From positions 1 through 36,640 of the forward strand of contig DASQIQ010000252.1 of NCBI GenBank assembly GCA_035631495.1: a DNA stretch of 36,640 bases. Reading direction: 5' to 3'. Made by a program: the position numbers and the translations under genes. Of the stretch, positions 28,083-36,213 are shown in pieces. Position 1 is the stretch's first letter, and each line of letters opens with the position of its first letter. The notes below the pieces were generated by a model. It worked only from the letters and a program-made list of their open reading frames with translations. It had not been told where the DNA came from and ran no database searches. This DNA is from Micropepsaceae bacterium (GTDB lineage Bacteria; Pseudomonadota; Alphaproteobacteria; Micropepsales; Micropepsaceae).

Positions 28083-28092
28083 GGGGAGGGGG
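28057..28092. repeat. Right inverted repeat of the DUF559 cassette
   Basis: Its reverse complement matches the left repeat at 34/36 positions. The 23-nt core (28070-28092) is identical to the left core. Followed on the plus strand by ggaTTCTTTTT. Confidence 0.85.
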
Positions 28093-28119
28093 GGATTCTT
28101 TTTGATGCGTCATGGCATT

Positions 28120-30048
28120 CTACAGTTTCTTCAGTCTCTTCCACGCCGCGTCCAAGGATGCCGCGGAGGCCGCCAAATCTTTCCATGGATCGGGCCGCTT
28201 CGACATCGCCGTCGCACCCCGAATTGTAAACGCCGACGGATCGAGGCCTTTGCGCAATTGGCTCCAGGCAAGCGGCACGGCGATGGTCGCGCCTTCGCGC
28301 GCCCGCGGCGACCAGGGCGCAACCGCGGTCGCGCCCCGGCCGTTGCGCAAATAATCGAGGAAAATCTTTCCGGCGCGCTGTTTCTTGGACATGTTGGTGA
28401 CATAACGGTCGGGCGCCGCGCGCGCGACCTTCTCCGAAACGCCGAGCGCGAACGATTTGGCATCATCCCAGGTCACCGGCTTCTTGGGCGTTCCCTTGAT
28501 GGCGACCACCACATGCATGCCTTTGCCGCCGGTGGTCTTCACAAAGGGCGTCAGCCCGCAGGCCATCAGCACCTCGCGCATGTCCTTAGCGGCGTCCATC
28601 ACGCGCTCGAAGGACAATTCGGGCGCCGGATCGAGATCGAAGATCAAACGTTCGGGCGTTTCGGGATCGCGCGGCTTGCAGCCCCAGGGGTGAATCTCCA
28701 TTACCGCCGCCTGAGCAAGCGACACCAGGCCTTCCACGCTGTCGATGGCGTGAAAGGGCTGCTTCTCGCCGGCGGCCGGAATGGGCACGACCCCCGACGC
28801 GCCCGCGAGGACATGGCGCTGGAAAAAGCGCTCGCCGCCGATTCCTTCCGGCGCCCGCACCATCGAGATCGGCCTGAGCACGATATGCGGCAAGATGAGC
28901 GGGGCGATCTTCTCGTAATAGCGCGCGAGGTCGAGCTTGGTGACCGCCGCGTTGTTGCGCGTTGCCGGCCACAGAATTTTCTCGGGATGGCTGATGGTGA
29001 TGCCCGCGACGACATTGTCTGCCCGCGCGGCTGGCCTTTTCAACGATTTGGCGGTCGTCGATGTTTGGGCTGTTTGCATCATGTCTTTCTCCCCTTCCGA
29101 GCGTTCCTCTGCCTCCTGCACCGGCATCATCTGTTCCACCGCGACGGCACGCGCGGGCTTGTCGTCGCGCAAACCCTTGAAGGCTGCCTGCCGCAGCAAT
29201 CCGTCATGTGTGATGTTCGAGTACTCCACTTCCGCGACTTGCCTGGGCGCGACCCAGTGGATGTCCTTGGTGCGCGGCGGCTTGACGCCAGCGGTGAACG
29301 GCGATTTTGGCTGCTCGAGTTTCTTCAGTGCGCGCAGTACCGGCCCGGAATTCTCGGAGTTGAAACCCGTGCCGACGCGTCCAAGATAGGTGAAATCCTC
29401 GCCCCGGTAGGCGCCCACCAGTAGCGAGCGAAGTTTGGTCTGACTGCCCCACCAGGCGCCGATCACCACTTCCTGACCGCCGCGGCATTTCGCTTTGGTC
29501 CACAGATCGCTGCGGCCGGAACGATAGGGCGCGTCGCCGCGCTTGGAAATGATGCCTTCGAGATGGGCGCGGCAGGCGCTTCGCAAGAGTTCCTTACCCG
29601 ATGTCGAAAAATGTTCGACATAGCGGTAATGGGGAACATCGCTCCGGTTCGCCAGTAGCGTCGAGAGGAGATCCTTGCGCGCCGAAAGCGGTTGGCTACG
29701 CAAATCCACGCCCTCGAGGAAAAGAAGATCGAAGATGAAAAAAATCAACTCGGCCGTGCGCCCGTCCGAGAGTGCCTGCTGCAGTCCGGCAAAACTCGGG
29801 ATGCCCCGCTCGTCCAGCGCACAGATTTCGCCATCGATCATACAGTCGGGCAGACGCCTGCCTTCATGCGCGATTTCGGGAAAACGGTGGCTCCAGTCCA
29901 AGGCTTTGCGCGTGCGCAAAACCGCGCCGCGCTTCTCGGCCCGAAGCTGCATGCGATAGCCATCGAACTTGATCTCATGCACCCAGACCGCGCCGACGGG
30001 CGGTTCGTCCACCAGCCGGGCCAACTGGGGCGCCACGAACTCGGGCAT
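28120..30048 (-). CDS. ligD: LigD ligase plus polymerase/primase domains (NHEJ ATP-dependent DNA ligase), lacking the PE domain
   Basis: Ligase motif I EIKFDGYR near the N-terminus. C-terminal Pol domain (ITISHPEKILWP...FFQRH...FDLDP). The frame stays open 90 nt upstream of the ATG. Confidence 0.93.
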   Translation of the reverse strand: MPEFVAPQLARLVDEPPVGAVWVHEIKFDGYRMQLRAEKRGAVLRTRKALDWSHRFPEIAHEGRRLPDCMIDGEICALDERGIPSFAGLQQALSDGRTAELIFFIFDLLFLEGVDLRSQPLSARKDLLSTLLANRSDVPHYRYVEHFSTSGKELLRSACRAHLEGIISKRGDAPYRSGRSDLWTKAKCRGGQEVVIGAWWGSQTKLRSLLVGAYRGEDFTYLGRVGTGFNSENSGPVLRALKKLEQPKSPFTAGVKPPRTKDIHWVAPRQVAEVEYSNITHDGLLRQAAFKGLRDDKPARAVAVEQMMPVQEAEERSEGEKDMMQTAQTSTTAKSLKRPAARADNVVAGITISHPEKILWPATRNNAAVTKLDLARYYEKIAPLILPHIVLRPISMVRAPEGIGGERFFQRHVLAGASGVVPIPAAGEKQPFHAIDSVEGLVSLAQAAVMEIHPWGCKPRDPETPERLIFDLDPAPELSFERVMDAAKDMREVLMACGLTPFVKTTGGKGMHVVVAIKGTPKKPVTWDDAKSFALGVSEKVARAAPDRYVTNMSKKQRAGKIFLDYLRNGRGATAVAPWSPRAREGATIAVPLAWSQLRKGLDPSAFTIRGATAMSKRPDPWKDLAASAASLDAAWKRLKKL

Positions 30049-30059
30049 CTTGACGCGCT

Positions 30060-30794
30060 TCAGTGTTTTCGGGCGTTCCGCGCTCGGGCCATTGTTACGC
30101 GCGATGGACGGATCTTTTTTTTTACGATTATCGCCGGTTCAGCTGAAGGTTTGTCCTCATCGGCCGGCGCGCCCTTTTTGCGAGACGAGTGCCAGACCTT
30201 GGATTTCTTGCTGGACGCGATTTCCTCCAGCGTCCGGCCGGATTTCACGGAGGTGTCGGCGGCAAGAAGCGCATCCGCTTCACCGGGCAGTGCGAATTCG
30301 TCTTTTTCTTTGATGAGCAGCCAATTGTGGTGGAGCTTCCGCCCAAGCTTGGGCTTGTCGTCGCGCAGACGGATCAACGCCCAGCGGCCGTGCATGCGCT
30401 TGCCGTAGAGCAAGATTTTCAACTGGCCCTTGGCGAAATCGCCGCGCGGGTCATCGCTCTGCGGCGCCCAGGTTCCATAGTCCCAAAGCTGCACCGTGCC
30501 ACCGCCATATTGGCCTTGCGGTATGGTGCCCTCGAAGGTGCCGTATTCCAGGGGATGGTCTTCCACCTCGACCGCCAGCCGCTTGGTCGCCGGGTCGAGC
30601 GAAGGAACCTTCGTCACCGCCCAGGATTTGTAGACGCCATCCAGTTCTAGGCGAAGATCATAATGGAGCCGCGTCGCCGCATGGCGCTGGATAACGAAGC
30701 GCAGCGCTTTGGTCTTGGCGCGGGCCACACGCCCGCGCGGCTCCGCGGTGACGCCAAAATTGCGTTTGGCCCGATAGGTTTCCAGCCCAGCCAT
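30060..30794 (-). CDS. ligD: LigD 3'-phosphoesterase (PE) domain as a separate ORF
   Basis: YRAKRNFGVTAEPRG...FVIQRHAATRLHYDLRLE...SWAVTKVPSLDP...EDHPLEYGTFEGTIPQGQYGGGTV. Ends 17 codons after an A9 tract. Confidence 0.9.
   Translation of the reverse strand: MAGLETYRAKRNFGVTAEPRGRVARAKTKALRFVIQRHAATRLHYDLRLELDGVYKSWAVTKVPSLDPATKRLAVEVEDHPLEYGTFEGTIPQGQYGGGTVQLWDYGTWAPQSDDPRGDFAKGQLKILLYGKRMHGRWALIRLRDDKPKLGRKLHHNWLLIKEKDEFALPGEADALLAADTSVKSGRTLEEIASSKKSKVWHSSRKKGAPADEDKPSAEPAIIVKKKIRPSRVTMARARNARKH
30114..30123 (-). other. A9 homopolymer containing an in-frame A_AAA_AAG slippery heptamer at the PE / Lig-Pol junction
   Basis: Minus strand reads cgtAAAAAAAAAGatc. In the PE frame this is GTA AAA AAA AAG ATC. 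The -1 frame continues DPSIARNNGPSAERPKTLKRVKMPEFVAPQLA into the Lig-Pol ORF. Confidence 0.8.
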
Positions 30795-30824
30795 GTGGCC
30801 CTTCTTGTGGGGCCTTGCTCGGCC

Positions 30825-30980
30825 CTAGATACGCCCGATCAGCACCAGAATAAGAAGCACAACCACCACGGTGCCAAGCACGCCGCTCGGACCATAACCC
30901 CAGCCGCTGCTATAGGGCCAGCTTGGAAGTGCGCCGACCAGAAGCAGGATCAGGACGATAAGCAGAATTGTCCCTAGCAT
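30825..30980 (-). CDS. DUF3309 small membrane protein
   Basis: MLGTILLIVLILLLVGALPSWPYSSGWGYGPSGVLGTVVVVLLILVLIGRI is near-consensus DUF3309. Ends 30 nt upstream of the ligD PE start. Confidence 0.8.
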   Translation of the reverse strand: MLGTILLIVLILLLVGALPSWPYSSGWGYGPSGVLGTVVVVLLILVLIGRI

Positions 30981-31010
30981 TGGGTTCACCCTTTTTTCGT
31001 TGTGCAAGGA

Positions 31011-31035
31011 AACTGCCCAGCCCGGCAAATGTTCC
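31011..31035 (-). promoter_or_regulatory. Near-consensus EcfG-type promoter (GGAAC-N16-AGTT)
   Basis: Minus strand reads GGAAC-atttgccgggctgggc-AGTT, 30 nt upstream of the DUF3309 ATG. One mismatch in the -10 element. Confidence 0.4.
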
Positions 31036-31127
31036 CTAGGCTTGGCGGCGCGGACGATCTTCCGTCTTGTCAAGATTAGCTTGACAATTTCGCTGTCAGG
31101 GAGCACCTGACGTGCCCGGGAGATGTC

Positions 31128-31472
31128 ATGCCGCTCAAACTCAAACGCCGCCGCTTGCGCTGCTCGTTCTGCAAGAAGGCCGAGACCGAGGTGGCGAAAT
31201 TGCTCGGCGGGCCGGGCGTGGCGATCTGCGATTCCTGCGTCGGGATCTGCAACCGGATCCTGGAAGCCACCCCGTCGTCCTTCGTGGGTTGGGATTCAAT
31301 GGCGGACGCGCAATTGCTGCAATCGCTCAAGCCGTCGGAGGCCGCCGTCGAGGGCATGCGAAACGTGCTGCAGCAGCAGGTCGAAACCCTGCGCAAACGT
31401 GGGGTCAGTTGGGCCGATATCGGCGCGGCGCTGGGGGTTTCCCGCCAGGCCGCCTGGGAGCGGTTTTCGTGA
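31128..31472 (+). CDS. Orphan ClpX-type C4 zinc-finger (ZBD) protein with a C-terminal HTH-like segment
   Basis: LRCSFCKKAETEVAKLLGGPGVAICDSCVGICNRILE closely parallels the ClpX N-terminal zinc-binding domain. The C-terminal GVSWADIGAALGVSRQAAWERF looks like an HTH. Confidence 0.8.
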   Translation: MPLKLKRRRLRCSFCKKAETEVAKLLGGPGVAICDSCVGICNRILEATPSSFVGWDSMADAQLLQSLKPSEAAVEGMRNVLQQQVETLRKRGVSWADIGAALGVSRQAAWERFS

Positions 31473-31476
31473 GGAT

Positions 31477-31932
31477 ATGATGGCCAAGACCGATTTCACA
31501 TCCGTGGACGAGTACATCGCAGCGCACGCCGAAGATGTGCAGTCGATCCTGAGTTGCGTCCGCAACACCATCCGCAACGCCGTGCCCGGCGCCGAAGAGA
31601 CGATCGCTTACCAGATCCCCGCCTACAAACTGCAAGGCGGAGCGGTGCTCTATTTCGCGGGGTGGAAGCAGCACTACTCGCTTTATCCCGCCAGCGATCG
31701 CCTGGTAAGGGCATTCAAAAGCGAGCTTGCACCGTACAAGATCAGCAAGGGCACGATCCGCTTCCGGCTCACCGAGCCCGTCCCCGTGAAATTGATCGCG
31801 GACATCGCGAAGTTCCGCGCCAAGGAAGGCGATGCGCGCCAGCGCGAAGCTCGCAGCGTCCAAGAAGCGTTGGCTGGTGTGACTACTCCGCGGCGGCGGC
31901 CGAGTGGATGGTCGAACTCGCGCGGCCGGTAA
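31477..31932 (+). CDS. DUF1801 (YdhG-like) domain protein
   Basis: SVDEYIAAHAEDVQSILSCVRNTIRNAVPGAEETIAYQIPAYKLQGGAVLYFAGWKQHYSLYP. RBS GAGGA. Starts 4 nt after the preceding stop. Confidence 0.75.
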   Translation: MMAKTDFTSVDEYIAAHAEDVQSILSCVRNTIRNAVPGAEETIAYQIPAYKLQGGAVLYFAGWKQHYSLYPASDRLVRAFKSELAPYKISKGTIRFRLTEPVPVKLIADIAKFRAKEGDARQREARSVQEALAGVTTPRRRPSGWSNSRGR

Positions 31933-34153
31933 GCTCGGTGGGCGAGAAATCGTCCACGTCGATGGCGTCGCGAACAATGGCATTGGCGCGATTGAGCGCA
32001 TCGGCCTCGCCTTGCGTGATGACGTTCTCGCGCACCAGACGCGGCAGATCGGCAAGCGCCTTGCGGCCCGCGTGACCGGCGGCGCGTATCTTTTCCTCGA
32101 TCGCGTCGCGTTCGATCGCTGCGGCGAAAGCCACCTCCATGCGGCCCGTCGGATCGGTGGCCGAGCGGCTGACATAGATGCCGTCGGTCAGTCTTTCGCG
32201 CGTCTCGGTCGCGCCAAGGATCAACTTCGCGCAAGCATGGGTGAGCCTGTCGGAAGGCGGTCTGCGATGGCGCCCCAGGGGGAACGCCACGAGTCTCAAG
32301 AGCCAGGCGGCCGGGCGCATCGGCAGATTGGTCAGAACCTCGTCCAGCCGCGTCTGAATGTCATGCAGCGTGCTGCGATAATTCCATTCCAGCAGCGGCA
32401 AGTCTTCGGTTTTAAAGCCCTCGTCTTCGAAGCGCTTCAGCGCGCAGCTCATCAGATAAAGCTCGCTCAACACATCGCCGAGCCGTGCGGAAAGACTCTC
32501 GCGCCGCTTCATCTCGCCGCCCAGCGTGCCCATCACCAGATCGGCGACCGCGGCGAAGGTGACCGAGGCCACATGAAGCCCGCGATACATCGGGGTTATA
32601 TGCGGCACGTCGGGCACGCGCGCGAAGACGCCGAAGGTGAGATTGTGCAGGAAGGCGCGGATGACATTCGAGGTGGCGCTGTAAATATGGGCGAACAGCG
32701 CGCGGTCGAACGCCGCCAGCGATTCGTTCGGGTCCGGCAGGTTAGCCGCTTCCATCTCTTTCAAGAGAAAAGGATGGCAGCGTATGGCGCCCTGTCCGAA
32801 AATCATCAGGGAGCGGGTCAGGATGTTTGCCCCTTCCACCGTGATGGCGACGGGAACACTCATATAGGTGCCGAAGAGATAATTGCGCGGGCCATCGCAG
32901 ATGGCGCGGCCGCCATGGATGTCCAGCGCATCGTTGAGCGCGGTGCGCATGCGTTCCGTGGCGTGATATTTGAGGATCGCCGAGAGCACCGAAGGCTGTT
33001 GGCCGGAATCGAGCGATGACGCCGTCAGACGCCGCGCCGCGTCCAGCACATAGGCATAGCCCGCGATGCGCGCGAGCGGGGCTTCGATGCCTTCGAAGCG
33101 GCCGATGGCCATGCCGAACTGGCGGCGAACGCGGGCATAGGCGCCGGCAAGCCGGGCGCAGAACATCGCGGCGCCGGTGCCGAGCGCCGGCAGCGAAATC
33201 GCGCGCCCCGCCGCCAGGCAATCCATCAGCATGCGCCAGCCTTGGCCGACGCGGTCCTTGCCGCCGATGATGGTGTCCATCGGAATGAAGACGTCTTTGC
33301 CGCTCGTCGGGCCGTTCTGGAAGGATTGGTCGGCCGGATAATGACGCCGTCCGATCTGCACGCCCGGCGTGTTGGTGGGCACCAGCGCGAGCGTGATGCC
33401 GATGTCTTCCTTGTCGCCGATCAGATGGTCGGGATCGTAGAGACGGAAGGCGAGGCCGAGAATCGTCGCCACCGGCGCGAGCGTGATGTAGCGCTTGTTC
33501 CAGGTGACCTTGACGCCAAGCACGCGGTTGCCCTTGTGCTCGCCGTAACAGACAACGCCGCGATCGGGGATGGAGGCGGCGTCCGACCCCGCTTCCGGCG
33601 CGGTCAGCGCGAAGCAGGGGATCTCCTGACCGGCCGCAAGGCGCGGCAGATAATAATTGCGCTGCGCATCGGTGCCGTAGCGCATCAAGAGCTCGGCGGG
33701 TCCGAGTGAGTTGGGCACCATCACGGTGACGGCGGCCGCCGCACTGCGGCTCGCGATCTTCATCACCACATGGCTGTGCATCAGCGCCGAGAAACCGAGG
33801 CCGCCATGCTCCTTGGGAATGATCATCCCCATGAAGCCATTGTTCCGGATGTAGGCCCAGACATTTTCGGGCAGGTCGCCGTCGCGGCGGATCTGCCAAT
33901 CGTTCAGCATGCCGCAAAGTTTTTCGACCGGGCCGTCCAGGAACATTTGTTCTTCGGCGGTGAGCGCGGGCTTGGGGAAGTTGCGCAGCTTGTTCCAATC
34001 GGGTTTGCCCGAGAACAGATCGGCATCCCACCACACCGTGCCCGCCGCGATGGCGTCGCGTTCGGTCGGCGAGATGGCCGGCAGGACCTTCCGGTACCAG
34101 GAAAGGATGGGCTTGGTGATGGTGCGTGCACGCCAGCTCGGGGAAGCACTCAT
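31883..34153 (-). CDS. fadE: Long-form acyl-CoA dehydrogenase (FadE-like)
   Basis: About 750 aa with an ACAD core (GLGFSALMHS..., ITVEGANILTRSLMIFGQGAIRCHP) and a C-terminal extension, as in E. coli-type FadE. Strong RBS AAGGAGGG precedes the ATG at 34153. Confidence 0.88.
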   Translation of the reverse strand: MSASPSWRARTITKPILSWYRKVLPAISPTERDAIAAGTVWWDADLFSGKPDWNKLRNFPKPALTAEEQMFLDGPVEKLCGMLNDWQIRRDGDLPENVWAYIRNNGFMGMIIPKEHGGLGFSALMHSHVVMKIASRSAAAAVTVMVPNSLGPAELLMRYGTDAQRNYYLPRLAAGQEIPCFALTAPEAGSDAASIPDRGVVCYGEHKGNRVLGVKVTWNKRYITLAPVATILGLAFRLYDPDHLIGDKEDIGITLALVPTNTPGVQIGRRHYPADQSFQNGPTSGKDVFIPMDTIIGGKDRVGQGWRMLMDCLAAGRAISLPALGTGAAMFCARLAGAYARVRRQFGMAIGRFEGIEAPLARIAGYAYVLDAARRLTASSLDSGQQPSVLSAILKYHATERMRTALNDALDIHGGRAICDGPRNYLFGTYMSVPVAITVEGANILTRSLMIFGQGAIRCHPFLLKEMEAANLPDPNESLAAFDRALFAHIYSATSNVIRAFLHNLTFGVFARVPDVPHITPMYRGLHVASVTFAAVADLVMGTLGGEMKRRESLSARLGDVLSELYLMSCALKRFEDEGFKTEDLPLLEWNYRSTLHDIQTRLDEVLTNLPMRPAAWLLRLVAFPLGRHRRPPSDRLTHACAKLILGATETRERLTDGIYVSRSATDPTGRMEVAFAAAIERDAIEEKIRAAGHAGRKALADLPRLVRENVITQGEADALNRANAIVRDAIDVDDFSPTELTGRASSTIHSAAAAE

Positions 34154-34500
34154 GATCGCCCTCCTTTGGCCACGGCTATCAGATGGCGGGGTCGCCTGAT
34201 GCCGAAGCGCGAGCGAATTTGACACAACTTTTACCAATGAACCGTAACCGAAACCCCGACCTTTAGGCCATATCTCGAAAAACCGCCTGATTTGGGTGTT
34301 CCAAGCTCTATTTGGTGTCGCACACCCCTAAATTCACCCCTTCCACTGTGAATGTCGCACCTTTACCAACCGTCCCGGGCCGGGGGTAAGCCACCCTCCT
34401 CCCGTTGACTAGAAGGGGCGTTTGGCGAACTATTCCGGTTCGGCTTTTTACCCGCTTTTGCGGGCGCTTTGTCACATTTGGGACTATCCAGGAGGAACCG

Positions 34501-36150
34501 ATGCATAGAATGAAAGTGTCGCTGCTGTTGAGCGCGGCCGTGCTCATGAGCGCGAGCGCGACCCATGCCTTCGCCGCACCCTTAAGCGGCCAGGTGACCT
34601 CCGCCAAGGAAGGGGCCATGGAAGGCGTGCTCGTGACCGCCAAAAAAGACGGCTCGTCCGTGGCGGTGACCGTGATCAGCGACGAGAAGGGCCATTACGC
34701 CTTCCCGGCCGACCGCCTGGAGACCGGCCATTATTCGATCAAGATCCGCGCTCTCGGCTACATCCTCGATGGTCCGCGCAGCGTCGATGTGACCGGATCC
34801 GGCGCCACGGCCGACGTGAAGCTGAAAGAGGCCATGAATCTGGCCCCGCAGCTCACCAATGCCGACTGGCTGAACAGTGCTCCGGGTACGGAGCAAGAGA
34901 AGCGCGACCTCGTCGCCTGCGCCACCTGCCATACGCTGTCGCGGCCGCTCACCTCGGCCTATACCAAGGATCAGCTCATCGGCGATGTGTTCCCGCGCAT
35001 GGCGGCGATGGCGAGCCAGGCCTTCCCGGTGCAGGTGCAGAAGCGGGCCGAAGCGCGCGATCAGGCGCGGACATTCGGTGGCGTCGACCGGCTGGCGAAC
35101 TACATCTCCTCCATCAACCTCTCGAGCGCGGCCGATTTCAAATTCCCGTTCAAGGGTGCGGGGCGGCCGCACGGCAAGGACACCCATGTCATCATCACGT
35201 CCTATGATTTGCCCCGCAAATCCATGCAGCCGCATGATTCGGTGAAGGGACCGGACGGCTTTGTGTGGGTGAGCGACTTCGGCGAGAATTCGCTGCAGCG
35301 CCTCGATCCCAAGACCGGGCAGGTGAAGGAATACACCTACGCCCCGACGCGCCCCGGCTTCTCCAACGGCAATCTCGACGTCGAATTCGACACGGACGGC
35401 AATCTCTGGCTCGGCATGATGGATCAGACCGGTGCTGCGATGTTCGACCGCAAGGCCGAGAAGTTCACTTTCTACACCATCCCCAAGGAGATGCAGAACC
35501 TGAAGACCCAGACGGCGATGGTGTCTCCCATCCATTGGAAGGTGGACGGCAAGGCCTGGATCAATGCGGCGGAAGAACCGATTGTCGGGCGCTTCGACGT
35601 CAAGAGCGGCAAGTTCGAACCCTGGATGGAACCGTTCAAGGATCGGCCGAAGGGCGAAGCGCATTCGGCCTATGGCGTCTATACGGATTCGCACAACAAC
35701 GCCTATCTGATGGATTTTCCGAGCCAATATGTTTGGAAGATCGATGCCAAGACCGGCGCGACGACGTCCTATAAGACGCCGTCGGATTATTCGCGTCCGC
35801 GGCGTGGCCGCATGGACAATCAGGACCGCTTGTGGTTCGCCGAATGGCGCGCCGACAAGATCGGCATGTTCGATACCAAGACGGCCGAGTTCATGGAATG
35901 GAACGTGCCGGGTAAATATGGTTCGCCCTATGACGCGCAGATCGACAAGACGGGTTGGGTGTGGACCGACAATATGATGAACGATCTGGTCACCCGGATC
36001 GACACCAAGACCGGCGCGGCGGTGCAGTATCTGATGCCGGTCGAGACCAATGGCCGGCGCGTTGCGGTCGACGATTACGGCGCAAAGCCGGGTCTGTGGA
36101 TCGGCGCCAATCATCAGGCGGTGGTGATGCACGTCGAGCCGCTCGACTAA
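34501..36150 (+). CDS. Secreted mosaic protein: CarboxypepD_reg-like domain, single CXXCH (c-type haem) motif, beta-propeller (streptogramin-lyase/NHL-like)
   Basis: Signal peptide ...ATHAFA|AP; GQVTSAKEGAMEGVLVTAKKDGSSVAVTVISDEKGHYAF; CATCH; repeated propeller blades of the W.(S/T)D type. RBS AGGAGGA. Confidence 0.8.
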   Translation: MHRMKVSLLLSAAVLMSASATHAFAAPLSGQVTSAKEGAMEGVLVTAKKDGSSVAVTVISDEKGHYAFPADRLETGHYSIKIRALGYILDGPRSVDVTGSGATADVKLKEAMNLAPQLTNADWLNSAPGTEQEKRDLVACATCHTLSRPLTSAYTKDQLIGDVFPRMAAMASQAFPVQVQKRAEARDQARTFGGVDRLANYISSINLSSAADFKFPFKGAGRPHGKDTHVIITSYDLPRKSMQPHDSVKGPDGFVWVSDFGENSLQRLDPKTGQVKEYTYAPTRPGFSNGNLDVEFDTDGNLWLGMMDQTGAAMFDRKAEKFTFYTIPKEMQNLKTQTAMVSPIHWKVDGKAWINAAEEPIVGRFDVKSGKFEPWMEPFKDRPKGEAHSAYGVYTDSHNNAYLMDFPSQYVWKIDAKTGATTSYKTPSDYSRPRRGRMDNQDRLWFAEWRADKIGMFDTKTAEFMEWNVPGKYGSPYDAQIDKTGWVWTDNMMNDLVTRIDTKTGAAVQYLMPVETNGRRVAVDDYGAKPGLWIGANHQAVVMHVEPLD

Positions 36151-36174
36151 GCCCAATCCATCGGTTGTAAGAAA

Positions 36175-36211
36175 GCCCTCGTGCCTAACCGCACGAGGGC
36201 TGTTTTTATTT
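36175..36211 (+). terminator. Rho-independent terminator
   Basis: gccctcgtgc-ctaacc-gcacgagggc (10-bp perfect stem) followed by tgtttttattt, 25 nt after the stop at 36150. Confidence 0.85.
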
Positions 36212-36213
36212 CT

